Source: Acetobacter sp. CAG:977
GTDB lineage: Bacteria > Pseudomonadota > Alphaproteobacteria > CAAGCB01 > CAG-977
NCBI GenBank assembly: GCA_000434295.1
Contig: HF994935.1
Location: 638,235 to 702,234, forward strand
Length of the DNA stretch: 64,000 nt
Direction of reading: 5' to 3'
The notes under the pieces were generated by a model. It was given only the letters and a program-made list of their open reading frames with translations. It searched no databases and was not told the DNA's origin. The stretch's first letter is position 1. Every line of letters starts with the position of its first letter. A program made the position numbers and the translations under genes. Shown here in pieces: positions 1 through 9,634 of the stretch.

Positions 1-1
1 G

Positions 2-394
2 GGGTTATACCGCAGACTGGCAGAAGTTTCGGATGTCAATGAAATCGAGGGATTGGCGGCGGAAATGGTTGATCGTTTCGGCACTCTTCCCAATGAAGTC
101 GAAAACCTTCTTGAAATCATAGCCGTTAAATCTTTGTGCCGTCAGGCAAACGTTGAAAAATTGGAAGCCGGTCCGAAAGGCGCGGTAGTAACTTTGCGCA
201 ACAATACATTTCCGAATCCGGCGGGATTGGTTAAATTTATTGCGCAAAATTGCGGAACGGCTAAAATCAGACCGGATCAAAAGATTGTTTATATGCGTGT
301 TTGGGATACGCCGAAAGATCGGATAAAAGGGATGCGCAAATTGATGGAAAAAATGGCAGCCCTTGCAAAAGAAAATCCTGAAAAAACAAAATGA
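2..394 (+). CDS. mfd: transcription-repair coupling factor Mfd, C-terminal fragment (5' end cut by window edge)
   Basis: Open frame from window start; C-terminal TRCF-type sequence ...AAEMVDRFGTLPNEVENLLEIIAVKSLCRQANVEKLEAGPKG... as in Mfd C-terminal domain; ends with stop at 394. Confidence 0.7.
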   Translation, partial: GLYRRLAEVSDVNEIEGLAAEMVDRFGTLPNEVENLLEIIAVKSLCRQANVEKLEAGPKGAVVTLRNNTFPNPAGLVKFIAQNCGTAKIRPDQKIVYMRVWDTPKDRIKGMRKLMEKMAALAKENPEKTK

Positions 395-428
395 TGTCAT
401 AATTTGTTAAAGTAATCGGAAAAGAAAA

Positions 429-1298
429 ATGCCTCAGGAAACCCATATTTTAACCATTGTCTGCCCCGATAAAACGGGGATTTCGGCACGCGTTTTCGGA
501 ACGGTCGCAAATGAAGGCGGCTTTGTCGTTGAAGCCGCTCAGTTCGGCGATCCGATGAGCGCATTGTTCTTTATGCGTATCGTTTTTACGACACAAAGCG
601 ATGAACCGTTTCGAGAAGCTTTTAAAGAACGTTTTCGCCCCGTTGCCGAAGAATTCGACATGGATTGGCACATTTACGATGCCGATCGTCCTGCACGGGT
701 AGTTTTGGCGGTTTCCAAAGAAAGCCACTGCTTGAACGATTTATTGCACCGTTGGAGAACGGGGCTGTTAAAGATAGATGTCGCCGCCGTCGTTTCCAAC
801 CATACCGACATGAAAGAATTCGTCGAATGGCACAAAATCCCGTATTATTATTTCCCGTTGCCGAAAGGGGCGTCTTTTGAAGAAAAAAGAAAACAGGAAA
901 ATCAAATTTTGTCCGTCGCGGATGATTTGCATGCCGATTTGGTTGTTTTGGCGCGCTATATGCAGATTTTATCCGACGAAATGTGCGATGCTTTAAAGGG
1001 GCGGTGCATTAACATTCACCATTCTTTTTTGCCCAGCTTTAAAGGTGCCCGCCCGTATCATCAGGCTTATGAACGCGGCGTCAAGCTGATCGGTGCGACG
1101 GCGCATTACGTTACGGCAAATTTGGACGAAGGTCCGATTATCGAACAGGCGGTCGAACGCGTTGACCACACAAATACGCCCGAACAACTGGTCTGTTTGG
1201 GGAAAGACTTAGAAAACATTGTTTTAGCGCGCGCAGTCAGCTATCATATTGAACGACGGGTGTTGTTGAACGGACACCGAACCGTCGTGTTTAAATAA
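429..1298 (+). CDS. purU: formyltetrahydrofolate deformylase
   Basis: 289 aa; N-terminal ACT-like domain followed by formyltransferase core with HHSFLPSFKGARPY and GATAHYV motifs. Confidence 0.85.
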   Translation: MPQETHILTIVCPDKTGISARVFGTVANEGGFVVEAAQFGDPMSALFFMRIVFTTQSDEPFREAFKERFRPVAEEFDMDWHIYDADRPARVVLAVSKESHCLNDLLHRWRTGLLKIDVAAVVSNHTDMKEFVEWHKIPYYYFPLPKGASFEEKRKQENQILSVADDLHADLVVLARYMQILSDEMCDALKGRCINIHHSFLPSFKGARPYHQAYERGVKLIGATAHYVTANLDEGPIIEQAVERVDHTNTPEQLVCLGKDLENIVLARAVSYHIERRVLLNGHRTVVFK

Positions 1299-1320
1299 GA
1301 AACCTAAAAGGTCGGCACTA

Positions 1321-2013
1321 ATGTTCAGAGCAGATTCTCTTCCGTTGTTTGAAGGTACTTCCGAAAGTTTTCGCAGGGAAATTGATAAAGTCCTGCGCTG
1401 GAAAAACGTCAACGCCGGACAGGAAATCATCAACAGAGAAGACAAAAATTCGGATTTGATTTTTGTTCAAAAAGGCAAAGTCCGCATTGTCGTTTACACG
1501 CTTTCCGGCAGAGAAGTAACACTTGACGATGTTGAGGCGGGCGGTTTTTTCGGAGAACTTGCCGCCATAGACAAAGAACCCCGTTCTGCGACGGTCTTTG
1601 CTCTGGAACCTTCGACGTTGGCTTTTTTGTCCGGCGAAAAATTTGAAGAATGCCTGAAAACGGAAGCCATGGTCGGCTTTCGGATTATGCAACGGATGTC
1701 TTTGATTATCCGTCAAGCCAGCACGCGCATCGTTGAATTAAGCACGCTCGGCGCAAACAACCGCATTCATGCGGAAATCTTAAGGCTCGGGCGGGAAAAA
1801 GGCGTCGAAAAAGACGGAAAAGTTTATATTACTCCCGTTCCCGTACATAACGAAATTGCCGGACGCGTCAGCACGGCCAGAGAAACGGTCGCTCGCGCAA
1901 TGAACGATTTGGCAAGAAAACATATCGTGACCCGCGAAAAAAGGACGCTGGTCATTCATGATATGAAAAAATTGGCAGACATGGTGCAAGATGTGCGCGG
2001 AGAAGAATCTTGA
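1321..2013 (+). CDS. Crp/Fnr family transcriptional regulator (cNMP-binding + C-terminal HTH)
   Basis: 230 aa; cNMP-binding-like beta-roll (GEIINREDKNSDLIFVQKGKVRIV...GGFFGELAAID) and C-terminal HTH (TRETVARAMNDLARKHIV). Confidence 0.75.
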   Translation: MFRADSLPLFEGTSESFRREIDKVLRWKNVNAGQEIINREDKNSDLIFVQKGKVRIVVYTLSGREVTLDDVEAGGFFGELAAIDKEPRSATVFALEPSTLAFLSGEKFEECLKTEAMVGFRIMQRMSLIIRQASTRIVELSTLGANNRIHAEILRLGREKGVEKDGKVYITPVPVHNEIAGRVSTARETVARAMNDLARKHIVTREKRTLVIHDMKKLADMVQDVRGEES

Positions 2014-2369
2014 CGGATAAGCGGCAGGTCTTGTTGGTCGAAGACAACGAATTGAACAGACGCTTGTTTTCCGACTTGTTAACGATTTTGGACGTCGGCG
2101 TTACGGCCGTTGAAAACGGGACGGAAGCGTTGCGGGTGTTCAAAGAAAGAAAGTTCGATTTGATTTTGACGGATATTTATCTTCCCGATATTTCCGGAGT
2201 TGAGTTGACGCACATTATTCGCTCAAACACGGACGGTCAGAAGGTTGTTGCCGTTACGGCGGCTCCGAATGTTAAGGCGGCCGAAGAGTTTTTATCGGAA
2301 TTCGATGCCGTGATTTATAAACCGATTGCCGTTGCCGATTTTATGGCAACGGTCAAAAAATTTTTGTAA
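2010..2369 (+). CDS. single-domain response regulator (CheY-like receiver only)
   Basis: 119 aa; VLLVEDNELNRRL...LILTDIYLPDISG receiver motifs with phospho-acceptor Asp; TTG start overlaps stop of upstream Crp gene by 4 nt (TTGA). Confidence 0.65.
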   Translation: MTDKRQVLLVEDNELNRRLFSDLLTILDVGVTAVENGTEALRVFKERKFDLILTDIYLPDISGVELTHIIRSNTDGQKVVAVTAAPNVKAAEEFLSEFDAVIYKPIAVADFMATVKKFL

Positions 2370-2382
2370 AGGGGTAAAGACT

Positions 2383-4005
2383 ATGAAAAAGCGTCTTACG
2401 GGTTTTGTTTTTTCGGCGGCATTGTTCGGTACTTTATTTTCCGGATCGCCTGCTTATGCCACGTATCAGGAGGCCGCAGACGCTTTAAAAGAAAAAGACT
2501 ACGTTTTTGCCATGGAAGAATTTACGCGCTTGGCGGAAAAGGAACAAAATTCCGAAGCCCGTTATCAGCTGGCTCGAATGATAGAAAACGGTTGGGGGAT
2601 TCCCGCCGATGAAATTCAGGCGTTGAAGGTGTATCGCAAGGCGGCGGAAGAAGGAAACGAAAAAGCCGCTTTGAAAGTCGGGAATGCTCACTATTCGGGC
2701 AAATTTGCCGAAAAAGATTATTCGCAAGCCTTAAAGTGGTTTAAAGTCGCTGCCGATAAAGGAAATTATCTGGCTCAGTATAATCTGGGGCTGATGTACG
2801 AAGAAGGGCTCGGAACGAAAAAAGATCCCGTCAAAGCATTTCAATTTTACAGCCAGTCAGCCGATCAGGGCTATCATACGGCTCAAGCGGCTTTGGGACG
2901 GATGTACGTCGGAGGTATCGGCACGCCGCAGGATTACGGTCGGGCGTTGCGCTGGTATAAGCTGGCTGCCGATCAGGGAGACGTTGACTCTCAAATGAAA
3001 CTGGCAGAGCTGTTTTCAAACACGGAAATTCGCGGTCTGCCGTTTAATCCCGTCGGCGCGCATATGTATTACAACCTGATTGCGGCATATGCGCCGTCTC
3101 CGAAAAGAGAGCAGGGGGCTGCTTTGCGCGACAAGATGGCTGAAAAAATGCGTCCCGAAGAAATTCAGGTTGCTCAAGCCAGCGCTCAGAAATGGCGCAA
3201 AAAGAAACGCGAAGAATCCATTCCGAATAAAAATCAAAATGATTTGTTACAGGTAGAGGACGGACAGCCCGCAACCAAGAAGGATGCCGCGAAAACGGAA
3301 AATAAAGAAGCGGAAAAGCCTCAGGAAATCACCGTTAAGACCGAATTGGACGCTTTGATCGTTGCGGCAGGCGTTAATCGCCGTATTTTAAACAAAGCCA
3401 TTCGTGAAAACAATTTTGCGGAAGTCCTGAAAATTCTGAAAGCCAAAGCGGAAAAAGGCGATGAATTGTCCATGATCGTTTTGGGCGATTTGTTTGTTTT
3501 GGGGCAGGGTATGGAAAGCAGCGATTATCAGGAAGCTTTTAACTGGTTTAAAAAAGCCGCTGACAAGAATAATGCCATAGCTTTGTTCCGTTTGGCGCCG
3601 ATGTATTGCGAAGGCAATCCAGTTCAGCCGGATTTGGCGGAATGCTATAAACTGTTTTTACTGGCACGCAAATTTGCAAACGAAGGTTCTGTTCCGACCA
3701 TTGACGAAACTATAAAAATGCTGGACAGCAATTTAGATCAGTCTATTCGTGACGAAGGTAAAAAATTGGCGGACAATTACGGGAAAGAACCCGAAAAAGC
3801 CAAAGATGAGGCAAAGGCCGACAAAGGCTTGATTTCAAGCTTTAAAGACCGTTTCTTCAGCGACGACGACGAAGACGACGATCTCGACGCTATCGAACGT
3901 CCCGAAGAAGAGCCCGCCGAAAAACAAGCCGAAGCGGAAGGAACAAAAGAAGAAGAAAACAAAACTCAAGACGTTCCCGCCGGGGATGATATTCCCTTAC
4001 TTTAA
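2383..4005 (+). CDS. secreted Sel1-repeat (TPR-like) protein with acidic C-terminal tail
   Basis: ATG at 2383 with RBS; signal peptide MKKRLTGFVFSAALFGTLFSGSPAYA; multiple Sel1 units (A.Y.LG.MY..G.G...D...A..W..KAA.QG); C-terminal D/E-rich low-complexity tail. Confidence 0.8.
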   Translation: MKKRLTGFVFSAALFGTLFSGSPAYATYQEAADALKEKDYVFAMEEFTRLAEKEQNSEARYQLARMIENGWGIPADEIQALKVYRKAAEEGNEKAALKVGNAHYSGKFAEKDYSQALKWFKVAADKGNYLAQYNLGLMYEEGLGTKKDPVKAFQFYSQSADQGYHTAQAALGRMYVGGIGTPQDYGRALRWYKLAADQGDVDSQMKLAELFSNTEIRGLPFNPVGAHMYYNLIAAYAPSPKREQGAALRDKMAEKMRPEEIQVAQASAQKWRKKKREESIPNKNQNDLLQVEDGQPATKKDAAKTENKEAEKPQEITVKTELDALIVAAGVNRRILNKAIRENNFAEVLKILKAKAEKGDELSMIVLGDLFVLGQGMESSDYQEAFNWFKKAADKNNAIALFRLAPMYCEGNPVQPDLAECYKLFLLARKFANEGSVPTIDETIKMLDSNLDQSIRDEGKKLADNYGKEPEKAKDEAKADKGLISSFKDRFFSDDDEDDDLDAIERPEEEPAEKQAEAEGTKEEENKTQDVPAGDDIPLL

Positions 4006-4021
4006 TCATTGAAAGGAAACC

Positions 4022-4786
4022 GTGGTGGAAGGATTTTTGGAAACTTCAAACGGACGTTTGTCGTATCGCCATATTGAAGGCAAAAAAAATTTAAACGTCG
4101 TCTTTATGCACGGAACCTTGTCTGACAAAAACGCTTCAAAGTCTTTGTTTTTGGAACAGACTTGCCGCGAAATCGGCGTATCTTTTACGGCGTTTGATTT
4201 TTTGGGACACGGAAAATCTTACGGCGTTTATACGGACGGAACCATCGGCAAATGGCTCCAAAACGCATTGGATATCATTGACCGCGTAACGCACGGCAAG
4301 CTGATTTTAGTCGGCAGCAGCATGGGCGGTTGGATCATGCTGTTAAGCGCTTTGGCTTGTCCCGAACGTATCTCGGGTTTAATCGGCATGGCTGCTGCGC
4401 CAGATTTCACCGTTGATTTATGGAATTCTTTTTCGGAAACGCAGAAAAATGACATAAAAACAAAGGGCGTTATCTATACTCCGAACGGTTGGACGGAAGA
4501 AGGAGACCCGTGGACGTTTGAGTTGTTCAACGATGCCGAAAAATATTTGCTGTTAGATAAAAAAACGTTGGATATCGTGAGCCCTGTCACACTTATCCAC
4601 GGAGGTAAAGACGATTGTGTCCCCGTCAAAACCTCTTTCAGAATAATGAATGCCGTCAAAAGCGATAACGTTAAAGTGATTGTTTTGAAAAATTCCGGAC
4701 ATCGCTTGTCCGAAGCGACGGATTTGGACATTTTGCGCTCTGTTTTGGAACTGCATGTCAAAGCGGCGGAAGATGACGTCGCATAA
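4022..4786 (+). CDS. alpha/beta-fold hydrolase
   Basis: 254 aa; GTG start; nucleophile elbow LVGSSMGGW (GxSxG), HGxxS-type oxyanion region VVFMHGTLSD. Confidence 0.7.
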   Translation: MVEGFLETSNGRLSYRHIEGKKNLNVVFMHGTLSDKNASKSLFLEQTCREIGVSFTAFDFLGHGKSYGVYTDGTIGKWLQNALDIIDRVTHGKLILVGSSMGGWIMLLSALACPERISGLIGMAAAPDFTVDLWNSFSETQKNDIKTKGVIYTPNGWTEEGDPWTFELFNDAEKYLLLDKKTLDIVSPVTLIHGGKDDCVPVKTSFRIMNAVKSDNVKVIVLKNSGHRLSEATDLDILRSVLELHVKAAEDDVA

Positions 4787-4789
4787 ATA

Positions 4790-4818
4790 AAAAGCTCCGA
4801 AACGGAGCTTTTTATTTA
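4790..4818. terminator. bidirectional rho-independent terminator between hydrolase (+) and motB (-)
   Basis: hairpin aagctccg-aaa-cggagctt followed by TTTTATTT. Confidence 0.6.
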
Positions 4819-5474
4819 TAAACGGGATCCATTCTGATCACGACGCGCCTGTTCCTTTCTTGATTATGCGGAATAGGAGCGCCGTAGGCATCCCGATTGG
4901 GAAATCTGGGCTGAATATCTGACATTCCGACAGCGCGCAGGCGGGTTTCATCAATGCCGTGGTTAATAAGAAAACGCGTTACGGCGGAAGCTCTTGCGGA
5001 AGAGAGTTCCCAGTTTGAAGGAAAACGTTCCGTGTTAATGGGGTTATCGTCCGTATGCCCCTGTACTTCAAAACGGAAGATGTTGTATTGCTTAAGTTTC
5101 AGGGTTGACGCCAATCTGGTTAAGATCGGAGTGGCTTCGGGTTTTAATTCGGCAGAACCGCTGTCAAAAAATGTGTTGGCGTTTAAATCCAGAACAACCC
5201 CCAAATGGTCGTCGCCCAACAAATTGTCGCGTTCGTCCAAACGGAGCGTTTTCAAATCATCGTTCAGGTCGGCGATCAGCAAAGTAATGGGCTGGTCGAC
5301 CTGCCTGTCCATAAATTCGCGTGCAATTCCCGTTCTGATTTGTTCAAACATCACGGCATCGACTTTGGAAGCGGCGACCAACATGACAAAGAAACACAGC
5401 AACAGCGTAACCATATCGCTGTATGTTGTCATCCATTCTTCAAGGTTTTCTTCCGGTTTTTTTTCAGGCATCAT
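4812..5474 (-). CDS. motB: MotB/OmpA-family stator protein
   Basis: 220 aa; N-terminal TM with conserved Asp (YSDMVTLLLCFF), C-terminal OmpA-like peptidoglycan-binding domain (FDSGSAEL...NRRVVIR). Confidence 0.75.
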   Translation of the reverse strand: MMPEKKPEENLEEWMTTYSDMVTLLLCFFVMLVAASKVDAVMFEQIRTGIAREFMDRQVDQPITLLIADLNDDLKTLRLDERDNLLGDDHLGVVLDLNANTFFDSGSAELKPEATPILTRLASTLKLKQYNIFRFEVQGHTDDNPINTERFPSNWELSSARASAVTRFLINHGIDETRLRAVGMSDIQPRFPNRDAYGAPIPHNQERNRRVVIRMDPVYK

Positions 5475-5492
5475 GGACGGGCAATCCCTTTA

Positions 5493-6293
5493 TCAGTTCA
5501 TGTCGCGGTCAATCAGGAAATGCTGAGAAGGATCAAGGAACGCGTTGACTTTGTCCTGAATGTATCGCGGGCTTTTTCTTTCTGCCAACAAAACCAGGCT
5601 TTCAACCAAAAGAAGATTCCTGAACAAAGAATTATCGGCGCGCTGAGTGACTTTATTTGCCGCCGGCATATAGAGCAATCTGGCGAACAAAATACCGTAC
5701 AGTGTCGTAATTAAGGCGACGGCCATACCGGTACCGATTGAATCGGGATCGCTTCCCATGGATCCCAACATAACGATCAAACCGATCAGCGTTCCGACCA
5801 TTCCGAATGCCGGAGTATAGGCGCCAAGCTGTTTTAAAACGTCAATGTGCTGAGTTTCGCGCTGATAGATGCTGAAGGCGGATTCTTTAAGAATTTCGCG
5901 GACTTCGTTACCTGTATATCCCGTAATGACCAAATCGACGCCGTATTTTAAAAAGGGGTCATTTCCGACGGAAGTCGCGGCATCTGTTTCCAAACCTTGC
6001 AAGCCGTTTTTTTGGACGATATAAGCCCATCTGACGATGCGTCCGACTTCGTTTTTATATGACAGGTTGGTGTCCTGATGTTGTTTAAAGACGGAAAGCA
6101 AGAGATGGTTTGAATAAAAGACGTCTTTGGCTTCAAATCCGATGAACATGGCGGCGTAAGAACCGAACAAGACAATAATCAGACTGGCCAAATCGATGAA
6201 AATGCCGACCTGTTCCGTAGACAGGCGAATAGAAGCGGCCACCAAAATCCAGCCGCCGATAAAACCGAAAAGAGAACCGCGGGAAACAGGCAT
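5493..6293 (-). CDS. motA: MotA/PomA-family proton-channel stator protein
   Basis: 266 aa, 4 predicted TM segments, MotA/TolQ/ExbB C-terminal channel region (AFGMVGTLIGLIVML...MAVALITTLYGILFA); immediately upstream of motB. Confidence 0.7.
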   Translation of the reverse strand: MPVSRGSLFGFIGGWILVAASIRLSTEQVGIFIDLASLIIVLFGSYAAMFIGFEAKDVFYSNHLLLSVFKQHQDTNLSYKNEVGRIVRWAYIVQKNGLQGLETDAATSVGNDPFLKYGVDLVITGYTGNEVREILKESAFSIYQRETQHIDVLKQLGAYTPAFGMVGTLIGLIVMLGSMGSDPDSIGTGMAVALITTLYGILFARLLYMPAANKVTQRADNSLFRNLLLVESLVLLAERKSPRYIQDKVNAFLDPSQHFLIDRDMN

Positions 6294-6491
6294 TTTAAAT
6301 CCTTTGAACCGATAATTTTGTATAAGTTATTCAAAAGTTTTAAGACAGACGGCCGAAAAAATCAATGTTTTGTTTTATTGGAAAAAAAATATGAGAAATT
6401 CAGTGAATTTCCTTTGATTTTTATCGTATATTTATTTAAATTTTAGGCGAAAACAGCTTCTTAGGAAGGGAGTTCTGTCCTGATTTCTATT

Positions 6492-8987
6492 TTGGAAAAC
6501 AATCTGAGTGCCGTCATGGAGATAGCCGGCGACGGCGTTATCGTTTCGGCGAACACGGCGGCGCATCGCCTGTTCGGCTATGATAACGGCGAGCTTTTGT
6601 CCCGTCAGGTACGCGTTGTTTTGCCGGATACGGGAGCTCCGGATACGCCGCTCGGCGTTTTGGCAAAGTTGATTGCAGCTCCGAATGATAATACGGCCGA
6701 AGCCGTCGGATTACGCAAAAACGACACCGAATTTCCCGTCGAAATCGTTATGACAAAGGTTGCGGCAAAAGACGGAGATGTCTTTGTTTGCCAAATGCGC
6801 GACATTTCGCGCCGCCAGCTGTCCGAAAGCATGGATGCCGTTTTGCATACGACGTTGCGCCGCGTGCTCAGAGGTCAGACTCATGAACAGTTTTGCGCTT
6901 ATATCTGCGATAAAATCGTTGATTTGCTGGGATGCCCGCTGGTCTGGATCGGCACAAAAGAAAATGACGGCAGAATCAGAGTATGCGCCGCTTCCGGAAA
7001 GCTGTCCGCAGGTTTCCCGCAAAAGCCCATCCGTTGGGATGACTTGACCGAAACTTTCGGGCCGACGGGGTACGCCGTAAGAACAAAACAAACCTGCATC
7101 GTCGAATTGGAAGGCGATAAAATTATCGATTCCGACGGCAGAGCTCATACCCGTCAGATTATCGTTTTCCCGTTGCTGTCCCATAACGGCATTGAAGGCG
7201 TTCTGGAAATCCATTCCCGCTTGGGGCGTTTGGATCAGGGAACCATCCAACGTTTGGAATCTTTTTCCCTGCGGATCGCCATGGCCATGCAAATCGCCGC
7301 CGACCAACAAAGCCTCCGTTTGCAACGCGCCGCAATGGCATCGGCTGCCAACGCCATTTTCATTACGGACGCCGAAGGTAATATTCTGTGGATTAATAAA
7401 GCGTTTTCCAGATTAAGCGGATATCGCGAAGACGAAGTCTTAAATCACCGTATTTCCATATTGAAATCCGGCGTACAAAACGACGCTTTTTATAAAGAAA
7501 TGTGGGACACCATTAACAGCGGCAAAGTTTGGCGCGGCGAATTGGTTGAACGTCATAAATTCGGTTCTTTGTACACGGTGGAACAAACCATTACCCCGAT
7601 TATGGACGGTAATACGCGCCTGTCGCATTTCGTCGCCGTCCATGATGACGTTACGGCCAGAAAAAATGCCGAAGGGCGCATCATGCATCTGGCAAATTAT
7701 GACCAGCTGACGGGGTTGCCGAACAGACGGTTGTTCCATGATCAGCTGACCGTCATCATGCGCCGCGCAAAAAGCCGCGGAACCAAAGTCGCTTTGATTT
7801 TTGCAGACCTGACAAACTTTAACAGGATAAACGATACGCTCGGTCATTCCGCCGGAGACAAACTGTTAAAAGTCATCGCCGAACGCCTGTCAAAAATGGT
7901 TTCTCCGAAAGATTTCGTCGCTCGTATCGGCGGAGACGAATTCGCAATTATATCCGAGGATCTGACCGGTATGGAAGCGGCAGCCATGCTGGCCAGAAAC
8001 ATGATAGAAACTATTTTGTCTCCGGTTATGTTGGAAAACAACGAAATCAACGTCGGTGCTTGTGTCGGCATATCAATATATCCCGATGATGACGAAGATC
8101 CGGATAAGCTGGTCAATTTTGCGGATATGGCTTTGCATACGGCCGTTCGTTCCGCGCCGAACAGCTATTTCTTCTTTTCTCAGGAAATGAACGAAGAAAC
8201 CGAAGACAGACTGGCTTTGGAACGTGACTTGAGAAAAGCCCTGATTCAAAACGAATTTGCTTTGTTCTTCCAACCTCAGCTGGATCTGAAAACCGGAAAA
8301 ATCAAAGCTTTTGAAGCCTTGATTCGTTGGTTCCATCCCACACGCGGGATGGTGTCTCCGATGCGTTTCATCCCGATTGCCGAAGATACGGGACTGATTA
8401 TTCCTTTGGGCGATTGGGTGTTAAAAGAAGCTTTACGCTATTTGAACGTCTGGGATGATATGGGATTGCCGAAAATATCGGTCGCCGTCAATCTTTCCGC
8501 CGTTCAGTTCCAGCAGGAAGATCTGGCCGCCGGCATTGAAAAGGTCTTGCTTGAAAAAAATATTGCTCCCGAACGGTTAGAGCTGGAATTGACCGAAAGC
8601 GTCGTTATGCAAGATGCCAGAAAAGCGGATAATATCTTGTCACGCTTGTCGCGCGTCGGCATCAAGCTGGCTATCGATGACTTTGGAACGGGCTATTCGT
8701 CTTTGAGCTATTTGAAACGTTTTGAAGTTGACCGTTTAAAAATCGACCAGTCGTTCGTTCGCGATATGACGAATAATTATGACGATGCGGAAATCGCTCA
8801 CGCGATTATTAATTTGGGACATACGTTGGGACTTGAAATCGTTTCGGAAGGCGTCGAAACGAAAGAACAGCTGGAGTTATTGCGGCAACAGGGGTGCGAC
8901 ATTATTCAAGGCTATTTTATCAGCAAACCCATGCCTGCCGACGAAGTCCCCGCTTTCTTGAAAAAAGCGGAAACAACAGTCTACTAA
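6492..8987 (+). CDS. PAS/GAF-GGDEF-EAL c-di-GMP turnover protein
   Basis: 831 aa; N-terminal PAS-like sensory region, GGDEF domain (RIGGDEFAI), EAL domain (EALIRW...DDFGTGYSSLSYL...EGVET); TTG at 6492 or ATG at 6516 as start. Confidence 0.85.
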   Translation: MENNLSAVMEIAGDGVIVSANTAAHRLFGYDNGELLSRQVRVVLPDTGAPDTPLGVLAKLIAAPNDNTAEAVGLRKNDTEFPVEIVMTKVAAKDGDVFVCQMRDISRRQLSESMDAVLHTTLRRVLRGQTHEQFCAYICDKIVDLLGCPLVWIGTKENDGRIRVCAASGKLSAGFPQKPIRWDDLTETFGPTGYAVRTKQTCIVELEGDKIIDSDGRAHTRQIIVFPLLSHNGIEGVLEIHSRLGRLDQGTIQRLESFSLRIAMAMQIAADQQSLRLQRAAMASAANAIFITDAEGNILWINKAFSRLSGYREDEVLNHRISILKSGVQNDAFYKEMWDTINSGKVWRGELVERHKFGSLYTVEQTITPIMDGNTRLSHFVAVHDDVTARKNAEGRIMHLANYDQLTGLPNRRLFHDQLTVIMRRAKSRGTKVALIFADLTNFNRINDTLGHSAGDKLLKVIAERLSKMVSPKDFVARIGGDEFAIISEDLTGMEAAAMLARNMIETILSPVMLENNEINVGACVGISIYPDDDEDPDKLVNFADMALHTAVRSAPNSYFFFSQEMNEETEDRLALERDLRKALIQNEFALFFQPQLDLKTGKIKAFEALIRWFHPTRGMVSPMRFIPIAEDTGLIIPLGDWVLKEALRYLNVWDDMGLPKISVAVNLSAVQFQQEDLAAGIEKVLLEKNIAPERLELELTESVVMQDARKADNILSRLSRVGIKLAIDDFGTGYSSLSYLKRFEVDRLKIDQSFVRDMTNNYDDAEIAHAIINLGHTLGLEIVSEGVETKEQLELLRQQGCDIIQGYFISKPMPADEVPAFLKKAETTVY

Positions 8988-8995
8988 ATTAGGAG

Positions 8996-9598
8996 GTGCT
9001 CATGAGGTTATGTGTTGCCGTTATGGCAAGCTTATTTATGACTTTTGATGCTTTTGCCCAAGAAGCCGTAAAATTGCCGGCTCCGGATTTAACGGGCGGG
9101 ATGCCGCTGATGCAGGCTATGAAAGAACGTAAGACAGAGCGTGCCTTTTCAACGGAAGCGTTGGACAATCAAACGTTAAGCGATATGTTATGGGCGGCTT
9201 GGGGGTATAACAGACCCGACAAACGGACTATTCCGACGGCAAGAAACCGCCAGAATATGGAAGTCTACGTTTTGAAAGCCGACGGCGCGTTCCGTTATGA
9301 TGCCCGCGCAAATTCTTTAATCCCCGTAACGGCTCAAGATTTGCGCCCGTTGGCGGCAAAACAGGATTTCGTTTTAAACGCTCCCGTGACGTTATTGTTT
9401 GTTGCCGACGAGGACGATAAATACGCCGGAATGCATGCGGGTTCGGCTTATCAAAATGTCGGTTTATACTGTGCTTCCAAAGGACTCTATAACGTCGTGC
9501 GAGGCATGATTGATCGGGATGCTCTGGCAAAAGCGCTGGGAATTGAGGATGAAGACGACATCATTATTTCCCAAACCGTCGGAAAACCCGCAAAATAA
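8996..9598 (+). CDS. nitroreductase-family (SagB-like fold) protein with N-terminal signal peptide
   Basis: 200 aa; signal-like N-terminus MLMRLCVAVMASLFMTFDAFA; nitroreductase-type motifs (KERKTERAFS, LWAAWGYNRPDKR, GMHAGSAYQNVGLY). Confidence 0.5.
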   Translation: MLMRLCVAVMASLFMTFDAFAQEAVKLPAPDLTGGMPLMQAMKERKTERAFSTEALDNQTLSDMLWAAWGYNRPDKRTIPTARNRQNMEVYVLKADGAFRYDARANSLIPVTAQDLRPLAAKQDFVLNAPVTLLFVADEDDKYAGMHAGSAYQNVGLYCASKGLYNVVRGMIDRDALAKALGIEDEDDIIISQTVGKPAK

Positions 9599-9604
9599 AA
9601 CAAA

Positions 9605-9634
9605 AAAGAGGGGAAAACTTCCCCTCTTTTTTTT
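9605..9634. terminator. bidirectional rho-independent terminator
   Basis: gaggggaaaacttcccctc hairpin + T8; between convergent genes. Confidence 0.65.

Noticed and set aside
4812-6293. MotA/MotB pair as a Zorya-type defence system
   Set aside because: MotA homolog is flagellar-stator size (266 aa) without the long ZorA C-terminal tail, and no ZorC/ZorD-like genes are adjacent.
6711-7325. 204-aa minus-strand ORF inside the GGDEF-EAL gene
   Set aside because: Antisense shadow ORF within a strongly supported domain-bearing gene; no RBS; no recognisable motifs.
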